A stretch of 64,000 nt of DNA from Candidatus Bathyarchaeota archaeon (lineage in GTDB: Archaea > Thermoproteota > Bathyarchaeia > Bathyarchaeales > Bathycorpusculaceae). The stretch's first letter is position 1, and every line of letters starts with the position of its first letter. The translations under genes and the position numbers were made by a program. The stretch covers positions 256,001 to 320,000 of the forward strand of contig OY970280.1 of the NCBI GenBank assembly GCA_963715865.1. Reading direction: 5' to 3'. Positions 30,538-41,082 of the stretch are shown here, piece by piece. The notes below the pieces were generated by a model. It was not told the origin of the DNA, made no database searches, and worked only from the letters and a program-made list of their open reading frames with translations.

Positions 30538-31037
30538 TTAGTTTTTCTCCTCAGGTGCTTACAAAAAACTTAGCTCCCGTATTTATAGTTAAATCTTGGC
30601 AGCGGAAGCTTGCAACGCTTCTTGTGACTGTTGGGGCACTACCACAAATTTTTATTTTCCTTTAAATGAAGTAGGATATTGTCGATGCAGAAAACGAGTC
30701 GTTTGGCAGGCAAACCTGCTGTCGTGATATGGCTCTGTCCCAAACGACACTATGGGGCTTAGGCTCCCAAATGTGCGTTTTTGGGCATCCTATAGACAGT
30801 TAGAGAGTCTGCCAAACGGCACCCAATCAAAATTTTAATTTAATTTTTTATTGCTTCTGACGGCAGTGATAGCTTTAAGGCTGAACAGACCCGAAAAAAA
30901 CCAGAGCCATAACCATGCTAGCAAGATAGCAAAATTAACACAAACCAATCGATTTAGCAACAAGCTGGCACGCTTAATCTTTAATAGGCGCTGCCGTAAA
31001 CTATGCTTTTGACAACTATTTTGCGGTTGTTGATTCG

Positions 31038-33620
31038 ATGGCGGATAACCAAGAGCTTTTGTCCCTGCCTGTTGACGACGTTCTAGCTCGGCTGAAGACG
31101 TCCCAGTCTGGGCTATCCTCGCAGGAAGTTCAGAGCCGCCTTGCAACGTACGGACCGAACGAACTGGCTGAGAAGCAGAAACGCACTGGGTTTGTTGAGA
31201 TTCTGTATCACCTGAGAAATCCGCTTGTGCTTATCCTTCTGATTGCGGGTTTGATCTCTGGGTTTGTGGGGGACGTAACGGACGCGATTATAATTTTCTT
31301 GATCGTGCTTCTCAGCATTGTTCTTGATGTGTATCAAGAATCTAAGGCTCAGAACGCCGCCGAAGCGCTTAAAGAAAGAGTGATCACAAAGGCGACGGTT
31401 CTCAGAAATGGCGTTAAACAAGAGGTGAAGCTTTCTGAAATCGTTCCGGGCGACATAGTGTATCTCACAGCGGGAGACCTTGTTCCTGCTGATTCTAGAT
31501 TAATCAGCGCCAAGGACTTGAACCTTAACCAGTCAGCGTTGACGGGCGAAGCATTTCCGGTTGAAAAGAATGCTGCTCCGCTTTCAGCTGTGACGTCTGA
31601 GCTGACGGACTGGAGTAACTACGTTTTCTTGGGAACCTCGGTGGTAAGCGGAACCGGAACCGCAGTCGTGGTGAAGACCGGGAGATTAACCGAGTACGGG
31701 GAAATCGCCAAAGAACTTGTGGCTAAGGCACCTGAAACCGAGTTTGAGAAGGGGCTTAGGCGGTTCGGAGCTTTAATGACTGAAGTCACGCTTTTCCTTG
31801 TGGTTTTCGTCTTTTTTGTGAACGCGTTTTTCTATTCAGGCACCCGCAGCATTTTGCAATCGCTGCTTTTCGCGGTGGCTCTTGCGGTGGGCTTGACGCC
31901 GGAGCTTTTGCCCATGATAATGTCCATTAACCTGTCCAGAGGCGCCGTGGCGATGTCCAAAAAGGGCGTTATCGTGAAACGGCTGGTCTCCATTCAGAAC
32001 TTTGGCAATATGGATGTTTTGTGCACGGATAAAACCGGCACGCTTACCGAGAACAAGCTCACACTAAACGATTACGAGGATCTAGAGGGAAAAGAAGCCC
32101 CGAAAGTCCTGATGTATGCTTACTTTAACAGCGTTTTTGAAGCAGGACTGAAAAGCCCTCTGGACGACGCCGTGCTTCAGTATAAGCAGTTCGACACGAC
32201 CGGCATCCGCAAAATTGACGAGATCCCGTTTGACTTTATCCGAAGACGCGTTTCGGTAGTGGTTGAGTACGAAGAGCAAAGACTCGTAATCTCCAAAGGA
32301 GCCCCCGAAGAAATCCTCAAAATCTGCACCTACTGCGAAACTGACGAAAACCTGACCAATTTGACAACTGATTGCCAAAGCATGTTTGATCAGAAATACA
32401 ACACCCTCAGCGCTCAGGGATACAGGGTTTTAGCGGTCGCATACAAGATAGTTAAAGACGACAAAACGCACTACTCGATTGGCGACGAAACCGACATGGT
32501 TTTTCTGGGTTTCCTGTCTTTTCTCGACCCGCCTAAAGAAAGCGCGAAGGAATCAATCCGTTTGCTGGCCAGAGACGGCGTGGAACTCAAAGTAGTGACC
32601 GGCGACAACGAGCTAGTCACAAAAACAACCTGCGACCGACTGGGCTTCAACATAAAAGGAGTTATTATAGGAAACGAAATCGCTCTGCTCCAAGACGATG
32701 CCTTGGCCCGGGTTGTGGAGGACAACAACATTTTTGCCCGCGTGAACCCCTCTCAGAAAGACAGAGTGATCAACGCCTTAAGGGCTAACGGGCACGTGGT
32801 GGGGTACATGGGAGACGGCATCAACGACGCCCCCTCCTTGAAAACGGCGGACGTGAGCATATCGGTGGAAAACGCGGTTGACGTCGCGAAAGAATCCGCC
32901 GACCTCATACTGCTACGGCCTGACTTGACCGTGCTTGATCAAGGCGTTTTGGAAGGCCGGAAAACCTTCGGCAACACAATGAAGTACATCATGATGGGCG
33001 TAAGCTCAAACTTCGGCACAATGTTCAGCGTGGCCGGAGCGTCCCTGTTCCTGAACTTTCTGCCCATGACGGCTATTCAGATTCTCCTAAACAACCTCTT
33101 GTACGATCTTTCCGAAGCGACCATACCAACAGACAATGTAGACGCGGAGTACATTGAAAAGCCGAAAAAGCTGGACATCTCGTACATAAGAAGGTTCATG
33201 GTGACTCTGGGACCGGTAAGCTCTGTATTTGATTTTCTGACTTTCTTCTTGATGTTGTATGTGTTCAACGCGGCGATTCCCGTTTTTCAAACTGCCTGGT
33301 TCGTGGAGTCGCTTTCAACGCAAGCGCTTGTGGTTTTCGTTTTGAGAACCAGAAAAACACCGTTTTACAAGAGTAAGCCCGGCAGATTATTGCTGATAAG
33401 CAGCTTGACTGTCGTGGCGGTCGCGTTCATACTGCCTTACACGCCGCTCGCCGACGTATTCAAGTTTTCGCCGCCCCCAGCAATGTTTTACCTAGCCCTG
33501 GCGGGATTAATCGTAGCCTACCTACTCCTAGTTGAGGTTGTGAAGAAATGGTTCCTCAAACGAAACGCTTATCGTCTAGAACAAATCTACGCGCCGAAAA
33601 AAACGAAACTGACCGGCTAA
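31038..33620 (+). CDS. mgtA: Mg2+-transporting P-type ATPase, copy 1
   Basis: TGEA, LTPELLP, DKTGT, KGAPEE, TGD, GDGINDAP, KYIMMGVSSNFG. Confidence 0.92.
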   Translation: MADNQELLSLPVDDVLARLKTSQSGLSSQEVQSRLATYGPNELAEKQKRTGFVEILYHLRNPLVLILLIAGLISGFVGDVTDAIIIFLIVLLSIVLDVYQESKAQNAAEALKERVITKATVLRNGVKQEVKLSEIVPGDIVYLTAGDLVPADSRLISAKDLNLNQSALTGEAFPVEKNAAPLSAVTSELTDWSNYVFLGTSVVSGTGTAVVVKTGRLTEYGEIAKELVAKAPETEFEKGLRRFGALMTEVTLFLVVFVFFVNAFFYSGTRSILQSLLFAVALAVGLTPELLPMIMSINLSRGAVAMSKKGVIVKRLVSIQNFGNMDVLCTDKTGTLTENKLTLNDYEDLEGKEAPKVLMYAYFNSVFEAGLKSPLDDAVLQYKQFDTTGIRKIDEIPFDFIRRRVSVVVEYEEQRLVISKGAPEEILKICTYCETDENLTNLTTDCQSMFDQKYNTLSAQGYRVLAVAYKIVKDDKTHYSIGDETDMVFLGFLSFLDPPKESAKESIRLLARDGVELKVVTGDNELVTKTTCDRLGFNIKGVIIGNEIALLQDDALARVVEDNNIFARVNPSQKDRVINALRANGHVVGYMGDGINDAPSLKTADVSISVENAVDVAKESADLILLRPDLTVLDQGVLEGRKTFGNTMKYIMMGVSSNFGTMFSVAGASLFLNFLPMTAIQILLNNLLYDLSEATIPTDNVDAEYIEKPKKLDISYIRRFMVTLGPVSSVFDFLTFFLMLYVFNAAIPVFQTAWFVESLSTQALVVFVLRTRKTPFYKSKPGRLLLISSLTVVAVAFILPYTPLADVFKFSPPPAMFYLALAGLIVAYLLLVEVVKKWFLKRNAYRLEQIYAPKKTKLTG

Positions 33621-33908
33621 ACAACCAATTAAATCCGCATTGTTCAGCGCGAAGACTGAGTTGCATGTGCCTTTATATTTCTCATATGTTAACAAACCGC
33701 TTGCTTCATCAACTTGACAAAAACAATTATGACGAATATGCATCGCGTTATTCTACCTAAGCAAAGCAACCTTCCAAAGAGAAGAAATACTAACAAAATG
33801 GAAATAAACCCCAAAACAACAAGTTTTCAGCAAATCTAAGAGATAACGTTAAGAAATCCCTTTAAGAGCAATGTGTTTTTATTGTAAGATTTAATGGCGG
33901 CATAGTTC

Positions 33909-36900
33909 ATGGTTGAGTCGAGATTCCAAAATAGAAACAATTCAGGCAAAAAGCTAGTTACCTCTATGCAGCCAACCTTAAGCTCTGAAGACCTGCTGAG
34001 CCTGTCCATCGAAGAGATTATGGGTCGTTTGAAAGCTTCACCGCGTGGCCTTGGTTCTGAAGAAGCAGAAAAACGTCTTGAAATTTATGGACACAACGAA
34101 TTTGCCCGAAAAAAGAAACGCGCGGCCATTATCAATTTTCTTTCACGCTTCAAAAGCCCGCTTGTTATAATACTAATAATTGCAGGTGGAGTCTCCGCAG
34201 CCCTCGGATCAATCCCAAGCGTAATAGTAATCTACACCATGGTTTTCCTAAGCGTATCTCTATCATACTATCAGGAAAACAATGCTTCAAAAGCAGCCGA
34301 GTTATTAAGAGACAAAGTTGCCACATCAGCAACAGTCCTGAGAGACAATACTAAACAAGAAATTAAGCTTCCACTGATTGTTCCAGGCGACATAATCTAT
34401 CTTTCAGCAGGCGACATCACACCCGCAGATGCACGGATTATCGAAGGAAAAGATCTTTTCGTCAACCAATCTGCATTAACTGGCGAATCATTTCCAGTCG
34501 AGAAAACTTCTGCAGCCATAAAAGCTAAAGAAGCGTCGATAACCGAATGGAACAATTATCTATTCATGGGTACCTCGATAGTCAGCGGAACAGCCACAGC
34601 GGTGGTTGTGCGGACTGGAGGTTCAACTGAATATGGAAAAATCGCTCAAAAGCTCGTCGAGAAAGCGCCCGAGACCGAATTTGAGATAGGCACCAAAAAA
34701 TTCGGTTTTCTCATAATGCAAGTTACTTTTTTCTTAGTGATGTTCGTTTTCATGATAAACGCGCTCTTGCACCCGAATGCCCAAGGCATATTGGAGGCTA
34801 TACTTTTCGCCGTTGCTCTCGCAGTAGGTTTGACGCCTGAGCTTCTGCCCATGATAATCACGATAAATCTTTCAAAAGGCGCTCAGGCCATGTCTAAGAA
34901 AGGCGTCATTGTAAAGCGACTATCATCAATTGAAACCTTTGGGAGCATGAATGTTTTGTGCACAGACAAAACGGGGACACTCACAGAGAACCAGATAAAA
35001 CTCATACTGCACATAGACATGGAGGGCAAAGACGATGAGAAAGTATTATTATACTCCCTCCTAAACAGTCGCTTTCAGACTGGACTCAAAAGCCCACTTG
35101 ATGAAGCTATACTTAAGCATGAAGAAATTGACCTATCAAAATTCCAAAAAATTGATGAAGTGCCCTTTGACTTTGTGCGACGGCGCGTCTCTGTCGTAGT
35201 TGAGCAGGAAAATCAAAGATTTTTCATAGCTAAGGGTGCTCCAGAAGAAATCCTCAAAGTCTGCTCCTACTATGAACTGGAAGGGCTAATTTCTGACATC
35301 TCTGAAGGAACTCGGAAGAAGATCGAGCAGAAATATCTTGACTTAAGTGCTGAAGGGTTAAGAGTTTTAGGAGTTGCATCCAAGAAGCTCAAAGAAGAAA
35401 AAGCTGTTTACTCCATAAACGACGAAAGCGACATGACATTTTTGGGGTTTGTGGCGTTCCTTGACCCGCCCAAAGAAACAGCCAAGCAGTCCCTTCAACT
35501 GCTCAGCAAAGCAAAAGTGGAACTGAAAATTCTCACAGGTGACAATGAGCTTGTTACCCGAAAAGTTTGCAGCGAACTAGGCTTTGAAGTAAAAGGTGTA
35601 GCTTTGGGAAACGAGATTGCCCAGATGTCCAATGAAGCCCTTGCAGCTGTTGTGGAAGACGTGAACGTATTTGCAAGGGTAACTCCTGCCCAAAAAGACC
35701 GAATCATAAATGTTTTGAAGAGTAATGGTCATGTCGTTGGCTTTATGGGTGATGGCATCAATGATGCGCCCTCTTTAAAGACGTCAGACGTAGGTATATC
35801 TGTCAACAATGCGGTGGATGTTGCAAGAGAATCTGCTGATATTATTTTGTTAAAGAACGATTTGACGGTTCTGGGCGAAGGTGTGTTGGAAGGGCGAAAA
35901 ACCTTTGGGAATACCATGAAGTACATTATGATGGGCGTAAGCTCAAACTTTGGCAATATGTTTAGTGCAGCTGGCGGTTCGGTATTCTTACCATTTTTGC
36001 CAATGCTACCCATCCAAATTCTTCTAAACAATCTGCTCTACGATATATCACAAACGGTCATGACCACCGATAATGTTGATGCAGAGTACATCGAAAAGCC
36101 CAAGAGATGGGATATTTCCTTCGTAAGAAGGTTTATGATTATTATAGGTCCTGTAAGCTCTCTTTTTGACTACGCGACCTTCTTTACGATGCTGTTTATT
36201 TTCAACGCTTGGACAAACGCAGCTCTGTTCCAGACTGCCTGGTTTGTGGAGTCCCTTTGCTCACAAACGCTAGTAGTTCTCATTATAAGAACAAGGCGAG
36301 TACCCTTCTATAAGAGCAAGCCAAGCAAATATCTAGCCATAATGCTCCTTGCGGTCATCAGCTTTGCCATAATGGTACCATACACGCCAGTAGGTGCATT
36401 TTTCGGATTCGTGCCACCTCCACCTGCGTTTTACTTAGCTTTAGCTGGAATTCTAGGTGCCTATGCAGTGCTTGCTGAAACGGTCAAAAGATGGTTCTAC
36501 AAACGCTATGGTCAACGCGTAGAGCAGGTTTTGGTGCCGAAAAGAAAAACTGTTTACTCTGGAAGAACTGTCAGATTCATGCAGGACATGATTGCAGTGA
36601 TAAGTCTTCGCCCTGAAGACGAATTCTCAATTGAATCATTTACCGAAGACTTGGGCAGCGCAATTAACTATCCAATAAACTCGAATGAAATGATACGGAA
36701 CATTCAGTACATGACACGGTCAGGCTTAATTAGCGTTGATTGGAACCGAAGAATCATAAAACGTGAAAAATCATTATTCGAATATGTTAAAAAGAATATC
36801 ATAAGCGGCGAAATGTGGTCTACAGTGGGAGAAAATTGGCGTAAAATAAACGCTGTAATACTTAACAAGCATGGAAAAGTTAACCCTGAATATCAACAAC

Positions 36901-36926
36901 TACTACTACTTTCAAAGCAGCAATGA
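33909..36926 (+). CDS. mgtA: Mg2+-transporting P-type ATPase, copy 2, with ~120-aa C-terminal extension
   Basis: TGES, LTPELLP, DKTGT, GDGINDAP, SSNFGNMFS. Confidence 0.92.
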   Translation: MVESRFQNRNNSGKKLVTSMQPTLSSEDLLSLSIEEIMGRLKASPRGLGSEEAEKRLEIYGHNEFARKKKRAAIINFLSRFKSPLVIILIIAGGVSAALGSIPSVIVIYTMVFLSVSLSYYQENNASKAAELLRDKVATSATVLRDNTKQEIKLPLIVPGDIIYLSAGDITPADARIIEGKDLFVNQSALTGESFPVEKTSAAIKAKEASITEWNNYLFMGTSIVSGTATAVVVRTGGSTEYGKIAQKLVEKAPETEFEIGTKKFGFLIMQVTFFLVMFVFMINALLHPNAQGILEAILFAVALAVGLTPELLPMIITINLSKGAQAMSKKGVIVKRLSSIETFGSMNVLCTDKTGTLTENQIKLILHIDMEGKDDEKVLLYSLLNSRFQTGLKSPLDEAILKHEEIDLSKFQKIDEVPFDFVRRRVSVVVEQENQRFFIAKGAPEEILKVCSYYELEGLISDISEGTRKKIEQKYLDLSAEGLRVLGVASKKLKEEKAVYSINDESDMTFLGFVAFLDPPKETAKQSLQLLSKAKVELKILTGDNELVTRKVCSELGFEVKGVALGNEIAQMSNEALAAVVEDVNVFARVTPAQKDRIINVLKSNGHVVGFMGDGINDAPSLKTSDVGISVNNAVDVARESADIILLKNDLTVLGEGVLEGRKTFGNTMKYIMMGVSSNFGNMFSAAGGSVFLPFLPMLPIQILLNNLLYDISQTVMTTDNVDAEYIEKPKRWDISFVRRFMIIIGPVSSLFDYATFFTMLFIFNAWTNAALFQTAWFVESLCSQTLVVLIIRTRRVPFYKSKPSKYLAIMLLAVISFAIMVPYTPVGAFFGFVPPPPAFYLALAGILGAYAVLAETVKRWFYKRYGQRVEQVLVPKRKTVYSGRTVRFMQDMIAVISLRPEDEFSIESFTEDLGSAINYPINSNEMIRNIQYMTRSGLISVDWNRRIIKREKSLFEYVKKNIISGEMWSTVGENWRKINAVILNKHGKVNPEYQQLLLLSKQQ

Positions 36927-37120
36927 AAAATCCTACTGAATGCACTTTAATTCTTAATGCAGGGTAAACAAAAAAATAGGTTTTAGCAAAGCCCAGTTGA
37001 CAAGGTAGCTCACCTTTTTCTAACTGTTTGCCAACCGCATTTAACAAGCAAGCAAATTAGCGTTCTCAAAAAATCTTATTTGCTAAGTCAGAATGAACAA
37101 GAAAGGAGTTTAGGAATCAC

Positions 37121-37228
37121 ATGCCAAACACATGCTGGGACTGCAAATATAATACTTTAAAACTCAAGATATTGGTGCCACATAACCGTACCATCAAAGA
37201 GTACATCCATAAAACAGGGGGTTGTTAG
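37121..37228 (+). CDS. 35-aa CxxC mini-ORF upstream of the flavodoxin gene
   Basis: aggag upstream; MPNTCWDCKYNTLKLKILVPHNRTIKEYIHKTGGC*; stop 3 nt before the next ATG. Confidence 0.35.
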   Translation: MPNTCWDCKYNTLKLKILVPHNRTIKEYIHKTGGC

Positions 37229-37231
37229 CGC

Positions 37232-37795
37232 ATGACTAAAGCTTTGATTGTTTACGGGACTCGTTATGGAGCAGCAGCTAGCACATCTGAGGAGATTGCA
37301 AAAGCACTATGCCAAGAAGGGATTGAAGTTCGAGTGGTCAATGCTAAAGAAGAAAAAGTCAAAGACATAGCCGAGTACGACCTTATCATTGTTGGTAGTG
37401 GCATCCTAATAGACAGGTGGACCAGCGAACCGGAAAAGTTCCTCAAAAACTTCCAGAAAGAACTTGCGAGAAAGAAACTGGCGCTCTTCGTCTGCTGTGG
37501 CTCTGCCTCGCAAGCACTGAACGAGCAGGAAGGAAAACCGCATCCAGCTGAGAGGGCTAGACGAAAATATCTTGAAGAAAAAGCCGCCAAGTACAATCTG
37601 CAACCTGTCGCTTTAGGTTTTTTTGGCGGCGTCTATAACTACAACAAAGAGCCATGGTGGGCCAAAAAAGCCATGGAAGCAGACAGACCGAAAATAGAAG
37701 CTGCCTACAAAGAAATGCAACCGGGAATCTACGATACAAGAGACTGGAATGCCATCAGAAGCTGGGCGAAAGAACTCGCGCAGAAGGCTAAATAG
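37232..37795 (+). CDS. Flavodoxin-domain protein (HemG/Flavodoxin_5-like)
   Basis: IVYGTRYGAA, IIVGSGI, ALFVCC, FFGG, DTRDWNAIRSWA. Confidence 0.85.
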   Translation: MTKALIVYGTRYGAAASTSEEIAKALCQEGIEVRVVNAKEEKVKDIAEYDLIIVGSGILIDRWTSEPEKFLKNFQKELARKKLALFVCCGSASQALNEQEGKPHPAERARRKYLEEKAAKYNLQPVALGFFGGVYNYNKEPWWAKKAMEADRPKIEAAYKEMQPGIYDTRDWNAIRSWAKELAQKAK

Positions 37796-37801
37796 CAAAC
37801 T

Positions 37802-38146
37802 CTACGGGTTAGTGGTAAGTTCTGTCAGTTGCTTCTTGGTTAATCCAGCTCCTGGCGTAGCATCAAGTCTCTTGTATACTTCTCCTTTTTTGAAAAGTAG
37901 CACGGTAGGGTAGTAATCTATCGAGAACTTCTCACATAAATCGGGCTTATAATCGACCATAATGCTCATGCATTCATGCGGATTGCCTTTTGCATACTCT
38001 TCAAATATCGGCAGGAACATTTGGGAAAACGGGCACCAAGAAGCATAGAAGAGAACAAACACTTTCTCTTTAGACCCCAAAACATCATCAATGTTTTCTT
38101 CGACTTGCTCCTGCTTTTTCTCACTCGATTTTTTCATTCTCTTCAA
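37802..38146 (-). CDS. Thioredoxin-fold protein with CPFS (CxxS) site
   Basis: FYASWCPFS, YPTVLLFKKG. Confidence 0.85.
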   Translation of the reverse strand: MKRMKKSSEKKQEQVEENIDDVLGSKEKVFVLFYASWCPFSQMFLPIFEEYAKGNPHECMSIMVDYKPDLCEKFSIDYYPTVLLFKKGEVYKRLDATPGAGLTKKQLTELTTNP

Positions 38147-38850
38147 CGCTCTCTATCCTCTTCCGGATAGTGACTGCTGTCGCAAAAAGGTTTATTTGAG
38201 GATTTTCCGCAACGGCAAAGGGTCGCGCGATTTCGCACTTCATAGAGTTTTCCATCCGCTGAATAAATTGGAATCCCACCGCGAATCCAAAATGGTCCAT
38301 CTACGCCGATGCTTGGGTCTTTAATTACACCAATCGATTTCTCCAGTTCAGGCTCAATTGTCAGGCCAGTTTTCTTATCTAAAACCACAAGCCTGCCTGA
38401 TGGGCAATCGCAAGCATTTTCTATCGCGTTTTTCTTGGCTTTCGGGTTGTCTGATTTGGGAATTGCCTGCCAAATGTTGCCTCCTCGATGGCAGAAACGT
38501 GCGGAAGCGCAAAGTATCTCGGCATCTTTTAACTTTAACTCTGGGCCATCAATCTCTTTTGCTATTTTTGAGTAAGGCTTCATAGTGCTTGTTTCTGTTC
38601 CATCAAAATTCACTTTCAAGTGCGCGCCGTCACAGAATGGCTTGTTAGCGGATTGCCCACATCGGCATAAAGCATAATTTTCTGGAGTCATGAGCTTTTT
38701 TCCCATAACCCATTTAACTGGGATTCCCTGCTTGTCGCATTTTATTGTCATATACAATAAAGGGATGCCTCCAGAAACTAGATATGGCCCATGCTTGCTA
38801 ACTTTTATGTTGCAGGTCTCTTTTGCGCTGGAATTCTTTGGCAATTTCAT
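38143..38850 (-). CDS. Double CDGSH iron-sulfur protein with a central ferredoxin-like segment
   Basis: CRCGQSANKPFCDGAH and CRCGKSSNKPFCDSSH; central CASARFC...CPSG. Confidence 0.88.
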   Translation of the reverse strand: MKLPKNSSAKETCNIKVSKHGPYLVSGGIPLLYMTIKCDKQGIPVKWVMGKKLMTPENYALCRCGQSANKPFCDGAHLKVNFDGTETSTMKPYSKIAKEIDGPELKLKDAEILCASARFCHRGGNIWQAIPKSDNPKAKKNAIENACDCPSGRLVVLDKKTGLTIEPELEKSIGVIKDPSIGVDGPFWIRGGIPIYSADGKLYEVRNRATLCRCGKSSNKPFCDSSHYPEEDRER

Positions 38851-39195
38851 TGCCTCACCTTTACTGAATCAACATAAAAATAATAAGGTTACTACTACGC
38901 TGCTCCTAATAAAATAAGCAAGTCACATTGTTTTGATAGTTCGAAGCCATCAGATCAACAAATACCCGTCTCCCTTTGAAGAAGTTATTACCATTTGGAT
39001 TTATAACTTTTTGAATCGCACAAGCAACACTATAAAATCTTTATGACACGTAAATATACGAAACACTAATGGGACCACTGGTATTTGGTTGAATTAACCG
39101 AGACGGTCTTATTGGTTATCCACAATACCCTTCGTATGAACAAGAAAAAAGGGATGGCGGAAGCATTAAAGAAGCACAACCGCATGTGCTTTACT

Positions 39196-39669
39196 TTAAC
39201 TAAGTTCTTGTCCGCAATGTGGGCAGTACTTGACGTTTTCGTCAATAACTCGACCGCATTTAGTGCATATTCTTGTTATATTCTGCGGCGGCATTGGTCC
39301 AGCCATCGTTTCAACTGTGTGTGGCTTCCATACTAAGCCCCATATTCCTCCAATCAGACCGAAAAGTCCCGTGACACCTATAATGGAAAAGACTAAGATT
39401 ATTGCACTCCATTTTGTATGTTCAAGCGGATAACTGTTGAGTTTTACCGCGGAAGCAATGACAATTGCAGCCGTTATGATTCCCCAAATGCCGAGTCCAG
39501 CGAACAGCATTAATGCTGCTGTGTAACCATAGTAACCTACCGCGCCTAAAACTCCTGCAGAGACAACTCCGATTATTAAGAGTACTATGCCGATTATGAT
39601 TCCTAGAATTCCGCCGATTAAAGACAAGACAAATGCTCCTGTTGGTTTTTCTTGAGGTTGTGCGACCAT
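39196..39669 (-). CDS. Membrane protein with C-terminal double zinc ribbon
   Basis: 3-4 TM, then CTKC..CPHC. Confidence 0.75.
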   Translation of the reverse strand: MVAQPQEKPTGAFVLSLIGGILGIIIGIVLLIIGVVSAGVLGAVGYYGYTAALMLFAGLGIWGIITAAIVIASAVKLNSYPLEHTKWSAIILVFSIIGVTGLFGLIGGIWGLVWKPHTVETMAGPMPPQNITRICTKCGRVIDENVKYCPHCGQELS

Positions 39670-39864
39670 GTTCTCAGAACCTTATTCTTACTCTAATGCT
39701 TCTAAATAAAAGCTTAACTGTTTACAATTCAATCTAAAGCTGCTTTTTCTGGATAAAATAATTCCAATTTTTAAAGCGCAAATAGAATGTAATAGGTAAT
39801 ATTATAAACTGTGTGATTGAAATGTAAGTAGGTCCTCTATCGCACCTCTTGGATGGCTAAGTAA

Positions 39865-41082
39865 ATGGGCAGTAATAGTATAGTTGCAATCAGTCATAGC
39901 GACAATCTAAGTGGTTCACCGACAGACCTTAATGAAAAAAGCTTAAACTCTGTGGCTAAATTAACAAAAAAAGCGATTGACAAATCATGTAATTTCATCA
40001 ACTTAGTTAAAGATAAGACAGTCCTCCTAAAACCAAACTTGGTCAGATCAACCCCTCCAAACATCTTTGCAACAACCGACCTTAGGGTAATTTATTCAGT
40101 TGCCAAAATGGCGCTGGATGCGGGTGCCAGCAAGGTAATCATAGGCGACAAACCAGGTTGGAAAAAGTCCGCCAGATCTGTCTTTGGAGAATTAGGGGTA
40201 GACAAAATAGCAAACTCGCTCGGTGTGAAAACATGTTTTTTTGACGAGGATCAACTTTTGGAGTTAGATTTACCTGAGTCAAAGGTTTTCGACAAGATCT
40301 TTGTTCCTAAGACAGTAATGGATTCAGACGTTCTAATTAATTTGCCCAAGGTGAAGACTCACATTCACACCATCGTTTCTTTAGGTATAAAAAACCTCCA
40401 TGGCATAGTCATGGATAATCAAAGACTAATCAACCACCGTAATGATTTAGCCTACAAGCTTGTTGACATACTCAGAGTAAAAAAACCCTCGCTGACTGTT
40501 TCTGACTGTATTTGGCCTATGGAGGGGCAAGGTCCGCTAAATGGACGAAACATTAAGAACTTTAACGTTGTAGTGGCAGGAACAGATGTAGTGGCCGTTG
40601 ACGCGGTTACTTGCTTAATCATGGGTATAGACCCTTCAGAAGTAGACACAATACGAATAGCGTCTGCAGAAGGGCTAGGATACGGAGACCCCAAGAAAAT
40701 CAGCATAGTCGGAACTAAACTGACCCGTGTGAAAAGATATTTCAAGCGTCCCTGCATTAGTGCAGCTGGGGTATACTCAAACGTGTTATCTATGGAAGCA
40801 GGGGTCTGCCAAGGATGTCTCTCTTGCGTTCGGCACTCCCTAGACAGGTTGGCATTTGAACAAAAAATGCAACGCGTAGGGCAAATCACAGTATGTAGTG
40901 GGAAGCATTCTTTCGAAAAACCTGAATTGTTGCCCGCTAAAAACGAAGTGTGGCTAGTAGGGGATTGTGCAAGTGAAACGTCAAGTAAAAGCTTAATAGG
41001 GAAAGTGTATAGGGTGCCAGGCTGTCCCCCACACATATACGAATTATATAACAGTCTTCACAAAGAACACTTTGACAGTTGA
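39865..41082 (+). CDS. DUF362 Fe-S protein
   Basis: VLLKPNL, INLPKVKTH, LGIKNLHG, EGQGP, D.VAVD; C-terminal CQGC, GDC, PGCPP. Confidence 0.85.
   Translation: MGSNSIVAISHSDNLSGSPTDLNEKSLNSVAKLTKKAIDKSCNFINLVKDKTVLLKPNLVRSTPPNIFATTDLRVIYSVAKMALDAGASKVIIGDKPGWKKSARSVFGELGVDKIANSLGVKTCFFDEDQLLELDLPESKVFDKIFVPKTVMDSDVLINLPKVKTHIHTIVSLGIKNLHGIVMDNQRLINHRNDLAYKLVDILRVKKPSLTVSDCIWPMEGQGPLNGRNIKNFNVVVAGTDVVAVDAVTCLIMGIDPSEVDTIRIASAEGLGYGDPKKISIVGTKLTRVKRYFKRPCISAAGVYSNVLSMEAGVCQGCLSCVRHSLDRLAFEQKMQRVGQITVCSGKHSFEKPELLPAKNEVWLVGDCASETSSKSLIGKVYRVPGCPPHIYELYNSLHKEHFDS

Noticed and set aside
6020-30714. Recurrent TTTGGCA..CAAA in intergenic regions (6020, 7134, 30702)
   Set aside because: Matches this short are expected by chance in 64 kb; flanks do not align
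39085-39336. 83-aa plus-strand ORF
   Set aside because: Overlaps the antisense of the zinc-ribbon membrane gene; no motif
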